From contig CAWEJX010000021.1 in NCBI GenBank assembly GCA_963809485.1, forward strand, positions 64,001 through 128,000: a stretch of 64,000 nucleotides of DNA, written 5' to 3'. Positions 29,931-39,820 of this stretch are shown here, in pieces. Positions within the stretch are counted from its first letter, which is position 1, and each line of letters begins with the position of its first letter. This DNA comes from an uncultured Acidobacteriota bacterium (GTDB lineage Bacteria; Acidobacteriota; UBA6911). Position numbers and translations under genes: made by a program. The notes below the pieces were generated by a model that was given only the letters and a program-made list of their open reading frames with translations, was not told the DNA's origin and made no database searches.

Positions 29931-31037
29931 TCAGGGGACAAGCGTCGCAGTAAAGGTTATGTTTTCCCAAATATAGTCTATTTTGGGTGCCGCCGCAGCC
30001 ATGGTCCCCGTAAACACTGATTGTCCTAAAGTAAATGCTCCGGTGGATCTGACATACCAGAACCATTCACCATCGTCATCCGTGATCGAGCCACTGTTAG
30101 CATGCAAATGCAGCTCCCCATCGGCAATCTGCCCGGAAATGGCAAACAAAGACCACTCAAATTCTCCGAACTCCCTCCATTCCAGGTACCCCTTCACAAA
30201 AAAGCCTTCGGTCGACAGAACCATATAGCGAGCTTCATCAAGCGTGCCGCTCGTCAAGTCAACCAGATAAGTCCGGGTTGTTGAATCAAGCGGGAGGGAA
30301 GCAAACTGCGAGCCGGTTTGTATCAATGCCACGCCGCTGACGGGAACATCCGATTCGATATCGACACGGCCCCGGCCAAGTGTCACGTCAGTGAAGATTT
30401 CACGCAGATACCGCGCAAGATGCTCCCTGTTTTGGAGAGTCTTGGGTTGCTCAGTGCGCACCTGAGCTCCTCCCGCATTATATAGCCTGAACTTGAGATG
30501 GGCCGTTCTGCCCCTGGCATCTGTGTTGGCGAATGCAAAGCTCACCGAGTTGAAATCCTCAAAGGGGATGGTTGTGACCAGGAATTGATTTGATGGGAGC
30601 ACCCCAATGCTGTCCGTTATCGTTGCACCGTTTTTGACAAACCAGGTCAAATTGCCTTCAATTAAATTGTCCATATCTGTGTCATCGGCTACTGCCATGA
30701 CATACCCAATCTCGGTTACATCGGAAGGCGAGGTGATTTTATAGGTTGCAGTTGTTTTGGAGTCGATCGAGACTGCGAGGGATCCCCCGCTCAGTTGAAT
30801 GCCGTTGACATAGGGATTCCAGGCCGAACCCACCCCCCCATAAAAATGGAAAACTCCCTGCCATTGCTGGGCGCCCGGGTTTGTGACCGTTATCTGTGTT
30901 TCCCATATACCGCCCGCTGCGAGTTGCGCAAAAACCAGGTCTTTAAAGGGAAGATGGTTGGGTTGGCTGATCTGCCCAAAGGCAACCCCCGCACATAGTA
31001 GAATTGCGGGGATCCATGCGATTGTCACTTTTCTCAT
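29931..31037 (-). CDS. Exported beta-rich hypothetical protein
   Basis: Signal peptide ending AFG-Q, LVFAQLAAGG. GGAGG RBS. Confidence 0.75.
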   Translation of the reverse strand: MRKVTIAWIPAILLCAGVAFGQISQPNHLPFKDLVFAQLAAGGIWETQITVTNPGAQQWQGVFHFYGGVGSAWNPYVNGIQLSGGSLAVSIDSKTTATYKITSPSDVTEIGYVMAVADDTDMDNLIEGNLTWFVKNGATITDSIGVLPSNQFLVTTIPFEDFNSVSFAFANTDARGRTAHLKFRLYNAGGAQVRTEQPKTLQNREHLARYLREIFTDVTLGRGRVDIESDVPVSGVALIQTGSQFASLPLDSTTRTYLVDLTSGTLDEARYMVLSTEGFFVKGYLEWREFGEFEWSLFAISGQIADGELHLHANSGSITDDDGEWFWYVRSTGAFTLGQSVFTGTMAAAAPKIDYIWENITFTATLVP

Positions 31038-31382
31038 GTGAACCTCCGATGCAAAAATTCCGCCTGTGAAAGGCATCAAGAAAAAGTTTTGTGATTCCCG
31101 GAAAACTCTCCCAGCCGGCCGATTCTCCCTTTTAATCAGGAGTAGTTCTGTTAAAGCAAGGCGCATGGACTGCGAGTCTCGCAATCTGCCTTTTTCGGAA
31201 CCAGTCGGAAATATTTAATTTGGCCGACATTATAGAACAGAGGAAGGGGATAGGCTACGCAATTCCTCAATCCAAATGCTTGGGATTATGCCCATCTTTC
31301 CGGGAAAGCAGGGTTCTTCCGGCGAAGCCGGATGCTTTACAGTTGCCGGCCCCTTAAAGGGACTTGATCGCAACCGATGAAA

Positions 31383-31589
31383 AGTCAGGTGCCTCCGGCA
31401 AAGCAGGAGGCTTGAAAGATTTGAACCGCTCAAAGCGGTTGGAGGAGTTACGCCGGTCTTGAACGCTGACTTACGCGGGCAAAAGCCGACTCTCGCCGAA
31501 CAAATCGGCGTTTGTCAGCGCTTTTATCAGCGCTTCTCAGCGTTTAAAATACGGAGCTGTCAAACTCTTTGAGTCCCCCGGCAGAGCCG
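31383..31589 (-). mobile_element. IS200/IS605-derived element, copy 4
   Basis: Same hairpins and core as copies 1-3. Confidence 0.8.
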
Positions 31590-31644
31590 CCATATCTCCC
31601 ATTGGATTGGGAATCATGCAGCCTGTTCCCCTGTTGCCGTCGCC

Positions 31645-32070
31645 TTATGGATCAGGCAGCATATCGTCCTCGGATGCGAGTCTTTCCATTGCGGCCTTCC
31701 AGTCCTCGGCGCATACCTTCAGCTGTACGCTTGGAGGGAGCCCTTCAGCCGGCGGCGTGTCTTCCTGGAAGATCCAGGCCTTCAGGCCCTCTCCCTCAAG
31801 AATCAGACGATCGGCTTCGGCATCGAGATGGCTGACATATTCGGCAATCGTGATCAGGTCCAAACCTGCGGTTTCGCTGATAGCACTCTCCGGGCCCACG
31901 GTATATTGCAGGTCCTTGCCCGAGGAAATGCCGCGTTCACTGAGAATGGTCCCCACAATCTCAAAAACCTCCGGCTGCCACCGATTTTCATCGTGTTCCA
32001 AAAGGATGGAGATCAGTTCCTCGTTGCTCAGCCGTTCCATATGCTGCCGTATATCATTCACTTTGGTCAT
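31645..32070 (-). CDS. DUF2007-like protein
   Basis: LSNEELI...ILSERG, DAEADRLILEGEGL...VQLKV. Confidence 0.7.
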   Translation of the reverse strand: MTKVNDIRQHMERLSNEELISILLEHDENRWQPEVFEIVGTILSERGISSGKDLQYTVGPESAISETAGLDLITIAEYVSHLDAEADRLILEGEGLKAWIFQEDTPPAEGLPPSVQLKVCAEDWKAAMERLASEDDMLPDP

Positions 32071-32197
32071 CCTACCCCCCCTTCCCATGCAGCCGTCTTG
32101 TGCCGGCCTTTCGTATAGTGTACAACATGGTGCAATAATGCTGTGATGCACCCCAAATCCATATCTGGCAACAGGCCCACTGCGGGAATGGGGGGAT

Positions 32198-32473
32198 TTG
32201 GGAGGACTTAGGAAGATTTCTCGGTGGATGTGCTCGATTGCATTGCCTGGATTCCTGACAATAACCAGCTTTATGTTTGGCGCCGGTGAGGACACCGGCG
32301 GGTTGATTATGTTGCCGGATTCCGGTTGCGCCGACTTGCAGGATGTTTCTATCCCGGCCTCGGCAATCGGCCTCCCCAGTTCAGGCGCCGTAGTCAAGAC
32401 AGCCACGCTGGTATCAGCGACAGCCGCTCACAACGTCAACGGTGAGTTCTGCACCGTAATCGGGAGCTCTTAA
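32198..32473 (+). pseudogene. Tannase/feruloyl esterase N-terminal fragment
   Basis: CADL...IPASAIGLPSSGAVVKTATLV...EFCTVIG then stop. Confidence 0.6.
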
Positions 32474-32588
32474 TCCGGCGAGTTTAACGAAATCCGGCAT
32501 GGGAACGGAAAATAAGGCTGATAGTTACACCTGCACTTCAAGGACCCAATGAGGATCTCCCGGTAACGGTTTACATTATGAATACACT

Positions 32589-32783
32589 GGTACCTTCTCA
32601 GCTCTGCCGGGGGACTCACGGAGTTTGACAGTTCCAGGATCGTTGAACGCCGACGTACACTGACAAAACACTGACGAACGCTGATTCCTGAGGCAACGGC
32701 CGGCGGCTAGAGGCAGTGTAGCTCATCCAACCGCTTTGAGCAGAAAACAATCAAGTTTCCGGCTCTGTCGGAGGCAGTCGACT
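32589..32783 (+). mobile_element. Diverged IS200/IS605-derived element, copy 5 (opposite orientation)
   Basis: GCTCTGCCGGGGGACTC..GAGTTTGACAG ... CCAACCGCTTTGAGC ... TCCGGCTCTGTCGGAGG. Confidence 0.65.
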
Positions 32784-32933
32784 GTCGAAGTCTTCTGCGG
32801 TTCGACATTCGAAGTTCGATATTCAATATTTCTTATCTTCCGCTTGCAGTCAGAACAGCGGGTAAAACGCGTGCTCCAGTACTTGCCAAACGGAAACGGC
32901 CACACCGGCAGAGCCCGGGGATCTCCCGATGGA

Positions 32934-33504
32934 TCAGTAGAGCTTAAAGAACAATGTCCTCCCGCGCCCGGTGGCGCCTCCTGTATCCGGATCGAATACC
33001 ATCATGGGTTTACTGTCTTTGCGATCTACCGCAAACGCAACCCATCCTTCGACGGAACTAGCCCGGTTTGATCTTGCCGACCAAAGCAGGCTGGGGCACT
33101 GTTACCGATACCCTCGGGTATTCGGTCAAATCCGACGCCAGGGCGACCCACTGAAGCGGAGCGTCGCCGAGATCAAAGAGGAGGGTGTCGGTGACGGCTC
33201 TCCCTTTAAAATCGAATTTGATGCGGGCCAGGATGTATTCAAAACCCTCGGCCGGCGCAGCGTTGCCCGCGCTGGCCGCTTTCAGCCGGTTCATTGCTTC
33301 CGCGCCGCGAACCGCCTCAAGAACGGTGATGGTGATATCGTAAATGTTCGCATAGACGGACCCGAGTTCCACCATGGAACGCACGGGCGCGCCGATCGCG
33401 GCCGGGTTGGTCGATGAATTATCCTGCGCTATTGCGGGATGGAGAGATGCTGCAGCCATCGACAGCAATAGGGCGGTACAAAGCACAGCAGATTTGTTTT
33501 TCAT
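32934..33504 (-). CDS. Exported DUF4352-like Ig-fold protein (one frameshift near 33060)
   Basis: Signal peptide, ITVLEAVRG, EGFEYILARI. Shifted frame continues SSVEGWVAFAV...FFKLY-stop. Confidence 0.7.
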
Positions 33505-33517
33505 GCGATCTCTACTC

Positions 33518-35299
33518 CTATCTCCATTGATCCACGGAAGCGCTGCCCGCGTAACCGAAATCCCCGCCAGACCAGAAGGTGTTTGTTCCTCCTCCGGTGA
33601 CCACAATCTCGATTGAAGTGGTGGGTTCGTTGGTATCCTTCGACGCTATGAATGCGGCATTCCTTGTTACACGGCCGCTCCTGGTGTAGCGGGACGCGGG
33701 GACAACCGCTCCCTGGCCCTGCTTCAGCCAGCCGGCGTATGGTTCCACTCCCGACTGGGCCTGCTTCAGCTCATTCGGATGCTGGGACCAGTACAACCAC
33801 CCCGGTGTGCCCGTTTTTTCAGCAAGCCATTTGGCGAAGGCTTCCTTGGTGGGATGGCCGTTGGAAGCCACATCCGCCGCGACAATAGGATCGAGAACAA
33901 GCGTGGCCTGAGAGGTGCCGAAGGAGAAGAAATGCTCCAGCCATCCGCGGATGACCTCGTGTTGCGGCAGCGGCGAATACCAGGCGATGTCGCTCATACT
34001 CCATCCGCTGAAGAGGCTGACAGCGCTATCCGATTTCTTGAATCCTTTCTGCACATGCAGCGGATTCCAGCCGGCAGGCAATCCATCTTCCGTCTCCGGG
34101 AAACAGAGGTTGCCGTAATTCAGGGGATTCCCCTGGCTGCCCAGGTAGGTTTCACCGGGTTTCCCCGAGCCCCCGAGGTTTTTGGAGATCAGCGTCCAGC
34201 ACCGGCCGATGGAAGAATTGGCGCGGCTCATTGGTCCAAGAGCGCCGATCCCCGTGTTCATATCGATCTCCTTGACCACGGGACCATTCACCACGACCAT
34301 TCTGGCGAAAGAGGAAGTGGAGCTGAACAGCGAAGTGAGCCCTTTGGATGCGATAGCCAGGATGGTTGGAAAATATTCCGGCTTCGCGCCCGCCATCACC
34401 GCATTCACGGCGACCATTTCAACGGTGTAATACCAGGCCTCGTGTGGAGGGGAGGGCCGCATCTGGCCGACCCATTCATCCGGCTTGCGGCTCGTGGCTT
34501 TCAGCATTTCTGCAACCTTCTTCTCGGTTGGCAGGATGACTGGATTCCCGTCCGTAAAGTTCTGTGCATGGAATAATGCCATGAGCTTGTCGGCGGTATT
34601 GGGTTCCAGAAGCCTGGGCCGCGGATCTCTTTTGAGAAATCCCGCTTTGCTGTCTTCGGCCGAAAGCTGCTTTGTCAATCCCTCGTAGATTTCATCGAGC
34701 ATGGGCTTGCCGGTCTCCGGATCATTGCCCGCGATATACTTGCGGCACAGGTCGGCCGGCCGGTCCGTGATCGGGTGAGGCGTGTAGGTAATCCGCATAT
34801 TGGGGATTCCCTTTTTATACGAGATCGTGGTTACGAGCTCCTTGAACCTCTGCGTGATCATCGGTACGGAAGGAACGCCCATTCTTTCCAAGGTCACTGC
34901 ATGGCCGACGACCGCCGGCGAGCAGCTGCTTCAATGCCCCAGCAAAACGATGGCGGCGGCATTTTTTGCTTTGATTTCCTTCCACAAGTTCGGGTCGTCA
35001 TCCATGTAACCCGCGATCTTATCCCGCAGCACCCATGTGGTCTTGGGATATTTGGCTTGCAGCGCAGCAAACAGCTCGTTAACAAAAGGTTTTGTGTTCG
35101 GATACTTGGTATCCACGATGTACACGGTCCTGCCGTCCAGCGTTGCCGGACGCGTCGCCATGGGAATCTTGCGTATTTCAGGCTGAATGCCCCGCGGATT
35201 CATCACGACAATTTTTTCTTCATCCGCCGCCCATCCGAACGATGAAGCGAACGTCGCAATCAGCACAGCTATCAGAATGCCAGCCGCCTTAATTTTCAT
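33518..35299 (-). CDS. Exported UGSC-family selenoprotein (593 aa, Sec123 in U-S-S-C)
   Basis: The 122-aa and 459-aa ORFs are in frame across TGA 34931-34933: LLGH-U-SSCSPAVVGHAVTLE. Also PHP, DGNPVILPT, VAVNAVMAG. Confidence 0.85.
34897..34925 (-). promoter_or_regulatory. Bacterial SECIS-like hairpin
   Basis: Upper stem GCCGGC/GUCGGC begins after an 11-nt spacer from UGA, loop GGUC, lower stem CUGC/GCAG. Confidence 0.7.
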
Positions 35300-35606
35300 G
35301 AAAACTCCCCTCCCGCACAGAACAGATGGAAACTACAGATTTCATACCGGCACCGGATCAAATTCCGCTCTTAGCAATAAAGTTCCGGTTTCCCTAACAT
35401 ATCCTTTTTCCCTATACAGACTCAATACTCTTGTTGGATCACGAGCATCATTCACCCCATAGCCTTGTTAACGAACGGCTGCCAATTCGTTCTGACAAAG
35501 CTTCCCTCCCGGGAGATCAAAGATGCCTTCGATTCGAATCTCGAGTAATATTAAGCAGGCGGGCTACAATGCGTTATAATATACATAGGGAGCTAACCGT
35601 AAAACC

Positions 35607-37038
35607 GTGAAATCACGCTCGATTCGCATTCTGCTATCACTTGCAGGTCTAGCGGCGCTGACGTTTGCGGCACACAACATTTTTCAGGTGAACGCAACAA
35701 CGGCGGGTTTCGGATACCTGTTGGTTGTGCTCGTGGTCGCAAGCAGCTGGGGATTTATCGAGGCATCCATTACCTCCATCGCGGCGACCCTCGCATTTAA
35801 CTTTTTTTTCTTCCCTCCGGTTGGCACCTTCAACATTGCGGATGCCCACAATTGGGTGGCTTTGTTCAGCTTTCTTGTCACCTCGCTGATTGCCAGCCGA
35901 CTGTCGACCAAGGCGAAAATGAAGGCTTTGGATGCGATCGAGCGACAGCAGGATATCGAGAGGCTTTATGCATTCAGCCGTGCCCTTCTTCTGATAGATA
36001 ACTCAGAACCGTTTGGAGCCCAACTCATCCGAAAACTGGCGGATATTTTCCAGCTGAACGCAGCGGCCCTTTACGATCGTCGATCCGGAAATTTCTTCCG
36101 TGCAGGATCATCGGAGTCTTGAAGTCCATGGATGCCCAGCTGCGTGAAACGGCATTGGACAACATCCCCGATTCAAACATCCAGCCGAACTACTTGCTGA
36201 CGCCTGTAAGGTTGGGCACCGATCCGATCGCTAGTCTCGCCGTTCAGGGTCCAAGGATGTCCGATTCCGTTCTGCAAGGCATCGCGAATCTTGTAGCCAT
36301 AGGCCTGGAACGGGCAAGATCCCAGGATCTTGCCCAGCAGATAGAGGCAGCGCGACAAAGCGAACAATTGCGAACCACGCTCATCGACGCCATGGCTCAC
36401 GAGTTCAAGACTCCTCTCACATCCATAAAGGCCGCGACTACAGGGCTCCTCGCAAATCCGCGGACAGCTGACGGAAAGCCAGGTAGAGCTGCTCGATATT
36501 GCCGACGAGGACGCGGACCATTTGAAGGAACTCATCGATGACACGGTAGACATGGCACGCCTGGACACGGCTCATATAGAAATCAATCCCGAAATTTCGG
36601 ATATACTGGAGATTGTCCATGAGGTGGTTCATTCGCTGAGAACCGAACTCGAAGGGCGTCTTCTGGAAATATCTCCTGATGAAGGGAATCCGGAAAAGCG
36701 CTTTTGATCGGCGGCTGTTGAGGCTGGCAATAAAACAGTTGATTGACAATGCCGCGAAATATTCCCCGGCAGGCACGCCCCTGGAAATTCGAGTGCAACA
36801 GGATGAGAACACAATTAGTGTGGATGTCACCGATCATGGGAAAGGAATACCTGAGCGGGAACAGAAACGCATTTTTGAGCGGTTTTTCAGAAGTCCCTCC
36901 ATACGGCAGCAGATACCGGGCTCCGGCCTCGGACTGAGTATTGCCCACAGCATATTGCAGGCCCATCATGGAGATTTGACCGTAACGAGCCAACCCGGCA
37001 GGACAACATTTCATTTGACCCTGCCGGCAGAAATATAA
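35607..37038 (+). CDS. kdpD: KdpD-type membrane histidine kinase lacking N-terminal KdpD/Usp domains (about 3 frameshifts)
   Basis: DUF4118 TM (FNFFFFPPVGTF), AHEFKTPLT, NAAKYSP, DHGKGI, GSGLGLSI spread across ORFs 35607, 36119, 36522 and 36679. Confidence 0.8.
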
Positions 37039-37050
37039 AGGAGAATCCGG

Positions 37051-37749
37051 TTGAGCGCAGGTCGCATTCTGGTAATTGACGACGAACCTCAGATCCGGCG
37101 TCTGATGCGGACGACACTGATCGGTGCCGGATACGAAGTGGAGGATGCCAGGACGGGAGAAGAAGGTCTCGAAAAGGTGAACACCTACCATCCGGATCTC
37201 GTGCTGCTGGATATCAATATGCCGGGGATGGGGGGCTTTCTAACCTGCGAAGCCCTGCGGGAAGACAAAAATATCGCCATTATTATGCTCACCGTGCGGG
37301 ATTCCGAGGCGGACAAGGTTGCGGCGCTGGATGCCGGCGCCGATGATTTTGTCACAAAGCCTTTCAGCACTCCGGAGCTGCTGGCCCGGATACGTGCGGC
37401 CCTCCGGCGGGTGCCGTCGCCTCAGGCATCTCCTGAAAAAATCCAGATAGGCCGTCTTGTCATTGATTTCACGGCCAGAACCGTTTCCAAAGGAGACAGA
37501 CCCGTTCATCTGACGCCCAAAGAACTGGATTTGCTCCGATACTTTACGTTGCATCCAAATCACGTGATTTCACATCGGGAGCTTCTGCAGGCAGTTTGGG
37601 GCCCCGATTACGGCAATCAGGTTGATTATCTCCGGGTGTTCATCAAGAATCTGCGAAAGAAGATTGAACTCAATCCCGATAGCCCCGAATACATCCTGAC
37701 CGAACCTTGGGTGGGCTACCGGTTCAACAGTCCCCCCCAATCTTCATAA
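37051..37749 (+). CDS. kdpE: KdpE response regulator
   Basis: ILVIDDE, LLDINMP, GADDFVTKPF, YLRVFIKNLRKKIE, TEPWVGYRF. Confidence 0.92.
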   Translation: MSAGRILVIDDEPQIRRLMRTTLIGAGYEVEDARTGEEGLEKVNTYHPDLVLLDINMPGMGGFLTCEALREDKNIAIIMLTVRDSEADKVAALDAGADDFVTKPFSTPELLARIRAALRRVPSPQASPEKIQIGRLVIDFTARTVSKGDRPVHLTPKELDLLRYFTLHPNHVISHRELLQAVWGPDYGNQVDYLRVFIKNLRKKIELNPDSPEYILTEPWVGYRFNSPPQSS

Positions 37750-37803
37750 AATCTTCACGGATTATCCATAGCTTTTTCCGGGCATCTCTACGGGATCTTC
37801 ATG
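37741..37803 (+). promoter_or_regulatory. Putative KdpE-binding array (11-bp phased TCTTCA-like repeats)
   Basis: TCTTCA, TCTTCA, TATCCA, TTTTCC, TCTCTA, TCTTCA at 37741, 37752, 37763, 37774, 37785 and 37796. Confidence 0.55.
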
Positions 37804-37838
37804 CTGTCTGGCGTATGCTTTTTGCGGAGCGAAAAGCA

Positions 37839-37922
37839 ATGCTTGATCTTTTCTATCTTGCGGTCGGCTGCATGGTCTTAGCGATTTTCTGGGCTTTGGC
37901 GAAAGCTTGCGACAAGCTCTAG
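37839..37922 (+). CDS. Small hydrophobic kdp-associated peptide
   Basis: MLDLFYLAVGCMVLAIFWALAKACDKL. GGAG RBS. Confidence 0.7.
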   Translation: MLDLFYLAVGCMVLAIFWALAKACDKL

Positions 37923-37933
37923 GGAGAAATGCC

Positions 37934-38017
37934 ATGGATTGCCTCATTACCGGTCTTGCCTCTGCTGGTCTCTTTATCTACCTGCTGTATGCGCTCCTGA
38001 AACCTGAGCGCTTTTAA
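37934..38017 (+). CDS. kdpF: KdpF
   Basis: MDCLITGLASAGLFIYLLYALLKPERF (YL.YALL.PE.F signature). Confidence 0.9.
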   Translation: MDCLITGLASAGLFIYLLYALLKPERF

Positions 38018-38027
38018 GGAGGATGCC

Positions 38028-39795
38028 ATGACTGGCCAGGGTGTGCTCCAGATAATGGTTTATTGTGTTGTTCTTCTTGCCCTGACGAAGCCTCTCGGCG
38101 CTTACATGGCACGGGTATACGGAGGAGAGAGAACATTCCTGCATCCAGTCCTCCATCGCCTGGAACGATTGGTATACGCCCTGGCTGGAGTTAAGGATAA
38201 GACGGAGCAGCGCTGGACCCAGTATGCAGCCTCACTCCTGGCATTCAGCATGGTTTGCTTCGTCCTGACTTATTTGATCCAGCGTTTTCAGGGACTATTG
38301 CCACTGAACCCCGCGGGGTTCGGATCGAGGCAGGCTACGCCGGACCTGGCTTTCAACACAGCCGTCAGCTTCATGACGAACACAAACTGGCAATCCTATC
38401 GGGGGCGAGACGACCTTGAGTTATTTTGTCCAGATGGCTGCATTGACGGTACAGAATTTTGCATCGGCCGCTGCTGGAATGTGCGTCGCAATAGCCCTGA
38501 TCAGGGGTTTTGTTCGGCGGCAGCAGAACACCATCGGGAACTTCTGGGTCGACCTTGTGCGAGGAATTGTTTATATCCTTTTGCCACTCGCTTTGATCGG
38601 AGCTCTTTTTCTCTGCTCCCAGGGTGTGGTTCAAAACTTCAATGCGTTCACAACCGCTAGGACACTTGAAGGCAGCATCCAAACAATTGCGCAGGGGCCC
38701 GCGGCTTCCCAGGTTTCCATCAAGCAGTTGGGTACAAATGGGGGCGGCTTTTTCAACGCCAACTCCGCTCATCCTTATGAGAACCCGACTCCCCTCGCCA
38801 ATTTCGTGGAAACTCTATTCATTCTATTGATACCCGCCGGGCTGGTTTACACCTTCGGAATCATGGTAGGAGACACCCGCCAGGGATGGGCTCTTTATGC
38901 TGCAATGAGTCTTTTGTTTCTTGCCGGCGTTTTCATCTGTTACCCGGCCGAACAATCGGGCAATGCCAATCTACCCGCATTGGGGGTTCAAAACGATCCC
39001 GCCTACTTGCAGCCCGGCGGCAATATGGAGGGCAAGGAGGTGCGCTTCGGCATCGCCCCCTCGGCGCTTTGGGCGGTAGCAACCACGGCGGCAAGCAATG
39101 GCAGCATCAACAGCATGCTGGACAGTTTTACGCCACTCGGCGGATTGATCCCGCTGTTCAACATTCAAACGGGCGAAGTCATCTTTGGCGGCGCCGGAGC
39201 AGGTCTATATGGAATGCTCCTGTTCGCCATTCTTGCCGTCTTCATTGCGGGCCTCATGGTCGGACGCACGCCGGAATATCTTGGCAAAAAGATCGAAGGC
39301 AAGGAAGTCAAAATGGCAATGCTCGCTCTGATTGCTTGCGCCGTCGGAATTCTTGTATTTACCGCGATCAGCGCACAAATCGACTTTGCCAAAAACAGTT
39401 ACTGGAACAGCCCGGGAGCGGCCGCGGAGAACTTGTCGAATAGCGGCCCGCACGGACTTTCGGAAATGCTCTATGCCTACTCGAGCGCTACCGGCAATAA
39501 TGGCAGCGCTTTCGCCGGACTGAATTCAAATACTCCCTGGTACAACCTGACTACGGGTCTGGCAATGCTCATCGGGCGCTTTCTCGTAATTATCCCGATG
39601 CTGGCAATAGCCGGAAACCTGGCAATGAAAAAAGCCGTGCCCGCAACAAGCGGGACAATTCCAACCCATGGCCCACTCTTCGTCGGTCTGCTGGTGGGCA
39701 CCGTGGTCATTGTAGGAGCGTTGACTTTCTTCCCGGCTCTCTCTCTGACACCCATTGTTGAGCATTTGCTGATGAATAGCGGTCATCTTTTCTAA
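38028..39795 (+). CDS. kdpA: KdpA (frameshift near 38400)
   Basis: [50 protein letters not shown]. Confidence 0.93.
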
Positions 39796-39820
39796 TCGAT
39801 CTCCAAATGGGGATGAAATA

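Noticed and set aside
33058-33060. TAG as pyrrolysine read-through
   Set aside because: The protein continues in a different frame, so this is an indel.
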